28,433 bases of DNA, from positions 1-28,433 of IMG/VR virus record IMGVR_UViG_3300048856_000031, one strand, 5' to 3'. Below, piece after piece: positions 24,642-28,433 of the stretch. Under the pieces are notes generated by a model. The model saw only the letters and a list, made by a program, of their open reading frames with translations. It did not search any database and had not been told where the DNA came from. Each line of letters begins with the position of its first letter. Within the stretch, counting starts at the first letter, position 1. The stretch is from a virus. Its lineage: Duplodnaviria; Caudoviricetes. Made by a program: the position numbers and the translations under genes.

Positions 24642-25084
24642 TGAGCGCCACGCTCCCTGTCGAAATCGCAGCCAGCATCATGCTGGGCGGGCGGTCCACG
24701 CAGCAGCCCAATCGGGTTTATGCGGGCACCAGCCTGCGCGCCGTTGCGACGTTCCGCGATCGAGCCGGCAGTGTCCCTGTGGACGTGTCCGAGGTGTCTT
24801 TCATGGTTCGCGACCCGTCCGGTGACGAGATCGCGGCGCCTTCGGATGCGGTAACAAAGCTCGCTGCTGGTGTATTCGCCATTGCCCTGGCGGTGGAGAT
24901 GCCGGGGACCTGGCAGGTGGTAGCGCGTTGCTCCATTCCCTCTCATGCCGTTGCGGCCGGCTCCTTCGATGTTGCCTCCCTCCCTGCCAGCAAGCCGCCG
25001 GCGGCCGTCGAATACCTCACCACCGCCGACGGCCGGTTCATCTTCATGACCGCTGACGGCTCCTTGGTCGTCAAGCCGGCCTAA
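24641..25084 (+). CDS. Putative virion adaptor protein (Ig-like fold with C-terminal TADG repeats), 147 aa
   Basis: TGATG coupling; beta-rich VRDPSG...PGTWQV; C-terminal YLTTADGRFIFMTADGSLVV. Confidence 0.6.
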   Translation: MSATLPVEIAASIMLGGRSTQQPNRVYAGTSLRAVATFRDRAGSVPVDVSEVSFMVRDPSGDEIAAPSDAVTKLAAGVFAIALAVEMPGTWQVVARCSIPSHAVAAGSFDVASLPASKPPAAVEYLTTADGRFIFMTADGSLVVKPA

Positions 25085-25160
25085 CACCGCCTCAGCATCA
25101 CTGAGCCAACCCGACGCGCGGCAGCCACGCCGGCGCGGTCAATCATGCATGGAGGTATGG

Positions 25161-25616
25161 ATGAGCGGTTCTCTCCGCGTTGTCCTCAATGATGCCGTGT
25201 TTCGCGCGGCCATTCCGGCGACTGCTAAGCAACTCGATGATGTACCCTCGGTGGCGAGGGCCGCTGGCATGGAGGGCGCCCAAGGGCTGGTGAAGGTCAT
25301 TCCGGTCCATGTCGCGGCATTCACGCTGCCGGCAGAGCCGAGCGGGCTCCAGGCGTACACCTGGCCGCTGGATGGCGTACTGACCATTCCGGCCGCCATG
25401 CTGACCCTCGCCAACATCGGCTATGTCAGCGGCGTCCTGCAGGTCGGCGACGGGGTGGTGCGGGTCATCCGTGACGACGGCGGGCCGATCAAGGCGGAAG
25501 TCCCTGGGCACAACGCGACACGTGGGCCAGGGGCGCAGATCTCCATCCTGCTCGGGCCGGATGGCTTCGGCGGGGTCGTGCCGTACATCTCTGGCGGCAC
25601 GGCGAGGCTCGACTGA
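25161..25616 (+). CDS. Putative fibre/spike-associated structural protein, 151 aa
   Basis: GGAGGT SD before ATG 25161; beta-rich FTLPA...VLQVGDGVVRV...TRGPGAQISI; TGATG-coupled to the next gene. Confidence 0.6.
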   Translation: MSGSLRVVLNDAVFRAAIPATAKQLDDVPSVARAAGMEGAQGLVKVIPVHVAAFTLPAEPSGLQAYTWPLDGVLTIPAAMLTLANIGYVSGVLQVGDGVVRVIRDDGGPIKAEVPGHNATRGPGAQISILLGPDGFGGVVPYISGGTARLD

Positions 25617-28433
25617 TGCGCGCCATCCAACGGCTCGCGGCCACCCGTACCACGCCGGAAGACCCGCCGCCGCTGGTGGACCTGGACTTCGCCCAGGGTC
25701 CGCTGCCGGCCGGTGCCCATTTCACGCGCGCCGGCGGCCACGAGAGCTACTTCGACGGGCAGGGCTCGCTCGGCGTCGTCTCCGCGCCGGACGTGCCCGC
25801 CTTCGACCACTACTATGATCCGGCCTCTGGCGCTTGGCTGCCGGCGGGCATTCCGATCCGGCCGAGCCGCCGCAACCAGTTGGCCAATCCGCGCGCGATC
25901 TTCGCGGATGGCGCCACGGCGCCGACGGGCTGGGAGTTGTCCTCCACGCTCAATCTGGCGGCCTCCGCAGTGCTGGCCCCGGCCAGCGAGGGCGGCATGG
26001 ATGGCATCGACATCACCCTGGGCGGGCGCACCTCCGGCACGATCAACAGCCGGTATTACGTCAACATCCTGTTCGACAAGGTGCCCTACCGCGACGACAG
26101 CGACCCGGAGAATGCCGACACCTCCACCCCAGGCGCCGGGCGGGGCGTCGGGCTGTCGCAGCCGCTGAGCGTGCTGATGCACCCGCGCTTCCTCGCGGGC
26201 AGTCTGGCGCCCGTGGTGGCCTGCGAGGCCTTCGTGCGCGTCTATGACGCGACCGACACGCAGCTCGCCATTACCTCCGTGCCGTTTGTGCCGCAGGACA
26301 CTCCAGCCGCCTCCCAGGAGGCGTCTGCCACCCGCACCATGCCGACCACGGCCACCTATGCCTATGCGCGGCCGGGTCTGCGGCTGACCGTTGCTGGCGC
26401 CTCCGACCTCAACGCGGTGCTGCGCGTGGTGGGCATCGAGGTGCAGGTGGCCACGGCCGTGGTGGGCCTGATCCCCGCGGGCGTGGAGGCGCTGCGCGAG
26501 GGTGGCTCGCTGAGCATCGACCTGGCGCCCGGCACCTATGACGTGCTGGTCGAGGACACGATTGCGACCTGGCAGGACAACCTGACCATCACGACCGGAA
26601 GCCTCCTGCTGGAGCCGCGCGCGGGCGAGACGCATATCCGGCGCGTGCGCGTGTGGCCGGCGGGCGCGCTGTCTGAGCCGACCAAGCGCTCCTTCATCGT
26701 CGGCGACATGCCCGAGCCGACCTATGTGATCTCTGCCGACCAGGGCCTGGTGCTGGACGAGGCGGGCGGGGTGGTGGAGTGGCAGGTGGCCCCGGGCGTG
26801 CGCGCCTACCAGCCGGACGCATCGCTGCGGCCCAAGGTGGTGCAGGACGAACAGGGGCCGGGCGTGCAATTCGACGGCACCGCCTACCTGCTGTTCGACC
26901 TGCCGCGCGCCTATGGCAGCGAGCTGTCCGTGGCGGCCGTGTTTTCGTCTGCCTCCGACAGCCTGCGCCAGACCATCCTGGGCCAGGGCAACACCAATGG
27001 TGGCTTCCAACTGGAGATCAACGGCCAGCGCCCGCGTGTCGCGGCCAGCCTGATCTTCGGCTCTTACGTGTCGGTGTCCGAGGTCGGTCCGTCCTGGCAA
27101 GATGGCGCCGTGCTGACCTACACCCGCCGGGGCTCTGACCTGCACGCCTATGGCGTGAATGGCCGGCAGAACATCGGCACCAGCGTGGCGCTCACCAGCG
27201 CCTATAGCGGCAACGGGCAGAAGTACATTGGCTGCCGCGCGCCCGGTGAGCAGCCCTTCGTCGGCATCCTGCGCGCGATCCATCTCTGGCTGGATGGCGC
27301 GCTGACGCAGGACCAGGAACGGCTGCGGGACCGCGAGCTGCGCGGCAAGTGGCGCTGCGGCGCGGATGCCAAGGGCTGCTGGAACATGACCGCCGGCAGC
27401 CAGTCCTCCAGCAGCTTCGTGGTGGCGGCCGATGTCACCCAGGCGGCGCAGCGGGTGGCGTTGCTGGTGACCGATGATCCGGCGCGCAAGGCCCGCATCC
27501 GCGAGATCGACCCGCGCCCGACCGAGCCGCTGCGGCGCGACAACGTGCGGCAGTACCATCAGTACAAGACTGCGGTGACCGGCCTGCAGCCGCTGACGCG
27601 CTATTGGTACAACCTGCGGATTGACGGCCAGGTGGACGACAGCTCCTGGCAGAGCATCTTGACCATGCCGGTGGAGAAGGCGCCCTGGTCCGGCAAGGTT
27701 TTGGTAGGCTCCTGCTGGAGCGTGCCGGCTTCGCTCCGCATGCCGATCGCCGATGCCATGGCGGCGGAGGAGGCGCTGGTCTTCTTCCAGATCGGTGACA
27801 ACGCCTATCCGAACCACGCCACCACGGATCTCGGCATCATCCGCGAGCGCACGCATCGCAAGGTGGTGTCCTCGCCCAACGCCCAGGCGCTGCTGGCCAA
27901 CACCGGCATGGTCTGGACGCCCGACAACCACGACTGGGCCGGGTCGAACCCGGACTGGGCCGAGGTGGTCAAGGGCGTGCCGACGCGGGATGTCTTTGCG
28001 GCGTCCCGCCGGGTGTTCCGCGAGGGCTTCCCGCATCACCCGCTGGTGCAGGAGACCCTGGGCGAGACCGACCCCGAGAAGCTGATCGTCGCGCAGGCGC
28101 CGGTGACCGGCCGCATCCTCTGGCTCATGCCCGACTGCATTTCGCAGCGCCGCTATCGGGATGTGACGGCGGATAAAGCCACCATCATGGGCCACCAGAC
28201 CGGGCACGAGTTCTGGGACCAGCTTTCCTGGTTCCTGAGCCGGCTGGCGACGGCAAAGGCGGATGGCTATGCGCAGGTGGTCTTCATCTGCCCTAACCGC
28301 TGGTCGGCCAACAACTTCCCGGCCTACAGCCTCACCTACCGCGCGGAATATCTGGCGATCATCGAAGGCATCAAAGCCTGCGAGGTGCCGGTGCTGCTGG
28401 TGGTGGGCGACATCCACATGTCTGTCGCTGATG
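25616..28433 (+). CDS. Large multidomain protein (3'-truncated, >=939 aa): spike/fibre-type N-terminus + LamG/ConA-like lectin + FN3-like + PhoD-type metallophosphatase
   Basis: Manual translation from ATG 25616 shows no stop to the window end; GSC 27707-27715, GDNAY 27794-27808, DNHD 27923-27934, GDIH 28406-28417; VTGLQPLTRYWY FN3 motif; strongly GC3-biased codons. Confidence 0.9.
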   Translation, partial: MRAIQRLAATRTTPEDPPPLVDLDFAQGPLPAGAHFTRAGGHESYFDGQGSLGVVSAPDVPAFDHYYDPASGAWLPAGIPIRPSRRNQLANPRAIFADGATAPTGWELSSTLNLAASAVLAPASEGGMDGIDITLGGRTSGTINSRYYVNILFDKVPYRDDSDPENADTSTPGAGRGVGLSQPLSVLMHPRFLAGSLAPVVACEAFVRVYDATDTQLAITSVPFVPQDTPAASQEASATRTMPTTATYAYARPGLRLTVAGASDLNAVLRVVGIEVQVATAVVGLIPAGVEALREGGSLSIDLAPGTYDVLVEDTIATWQDNLTITTGSLLLEPRAGETHIRRVRVWPAGALSEPTKRSFIVGDMPEPTYVISADQGLVLDEAGGVVEWQVAPGVRAYQPDASLRPKVVQDEQGPGVQFDGTAYLLFDLPRAYGSELSVAAVFSSASDSLRQTILGQGNTNGGFQLEINGQRPRVAASLIFGSYVSVSEVGPSWQDGAVLTYTRRGSDLHAYGVNGRQNIGTSVALTSAYSGNGQKYIGCRAPGEQPFVGILRAIHLWLDGALTQDQERLRDRELRGKWRCGADAKGCWNMTAGSQSSSSFVVAADVTQAAQRVALLVTDDPARKARIREIDPRPTEPLRRDNVRQYHQYKTAVTGLQPLTRYWYNLRIDGQVDDSSWQSILTMPVEKAPWSGKVLVGSCWSVPASLRMPIADAMAAEEALVFFQIGDNAYPNHATTDLGIIRERTHRKVVSSPNAQALLANTGMVWTPDNHDWAGSNPDWAEVVKGVPTRDVFAASRRVFREGFPHHPLVQETLGETDPEKLIVAQAPVTGRILWLMPDCISQRRYRDVTADKATIMGHQTGHEFWDQLSWFLSRLATAKADGYAQVVFICPNRWSANNFPAYSLTYRAEYLAIIEGIKACEVPVLLVVGDIHMSVAD

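Larger units (their letters stand above)
1..28433 (+). mobile_element. Prophage late region (packaging, head, tail) of a siphovirus-type temperate phage; extends beyond both window edges
   Basis: Contiguous, mostly translationally coupled + strand genes for HNH, TerS, TerL, protease/capsid, portal, connectors, tail tube, chaperone, tape measure and tail tip, plus an antirepressor; no sheath gene seen. Confidence 0.95.

Noticed and set aside
25421-28417. 998-aa minus-strand ORF in the track
   Set aside because: Antisense shadow of the real + strand gene from 25616; its His/Arg/Gly/Ala-rich sequence has no motifs, while the + frame has ordered domain motifs and a coupled start
1-28433. Gene transfer agent (RcGTA-like) interpretation
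   Set aside because: HNH plus cos-like region, antirepressor module, morons and a 1449-aa tape measure fit a true temperate phage, not the compact RcGTA cluster
22609-28433. Diversity-generating retroelement or invertible tail-fibre system
   Set aside because: No reverse transcriptase, invertase or template/variable repeat pair seen in the window; sequence beyond the right edge is unknown

Overview
The whole window is the late region of a temperate, long-tailed (siphovirus-type) prophage in a high-GC host, probably an alphaproteobacterium (inferred from gene styles, not proven). Gene order on the + strand: small coupled ORFs, a putative late regulator with a pR'/tR'-like promoter and terminator, a reverse-strand lipoprotein moron, HNH nuclease, candidate cos region, TerS, TerL, a prohead protease-major capsid fusion, portal (after the capsid gene), a collagen-like protein with carbohydrate-binding-like modules, head-tail joining genes, tail tube, a tail assembly chaperone with a GGGAAAC -1 frameshift site, and a gp10-like neck gene. 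An inserted P22 immI-like island follows (two divergent ribbon-helix-helix genes, a KilA-N antirepressor, a lipoprotein, a membrane protein), then the tape measure and tail-tip/fibre genes. The main result is an ORF missing from the supplied track because it runs off the window: 25616..>28433 (+), at least 939 aa. By manual translation it joins a phage spike/fibre-type N-terminus, a LamG/ConA-like lectin domain, an FN3-like domain and a PhoD-type metallophosphatase with its metal-ligand motifs, making it a candidate virion-displayed phosphoesterase. Also notable: an RHH repressor ending in an SSB-like DDDDDIPF tail, and several switch-like RNA structures in front of tail genes. No integrase, lysis genes, RNA genes or CRISPR array were seen. 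All family assignments come from motif recognition by eye; no searches were run.
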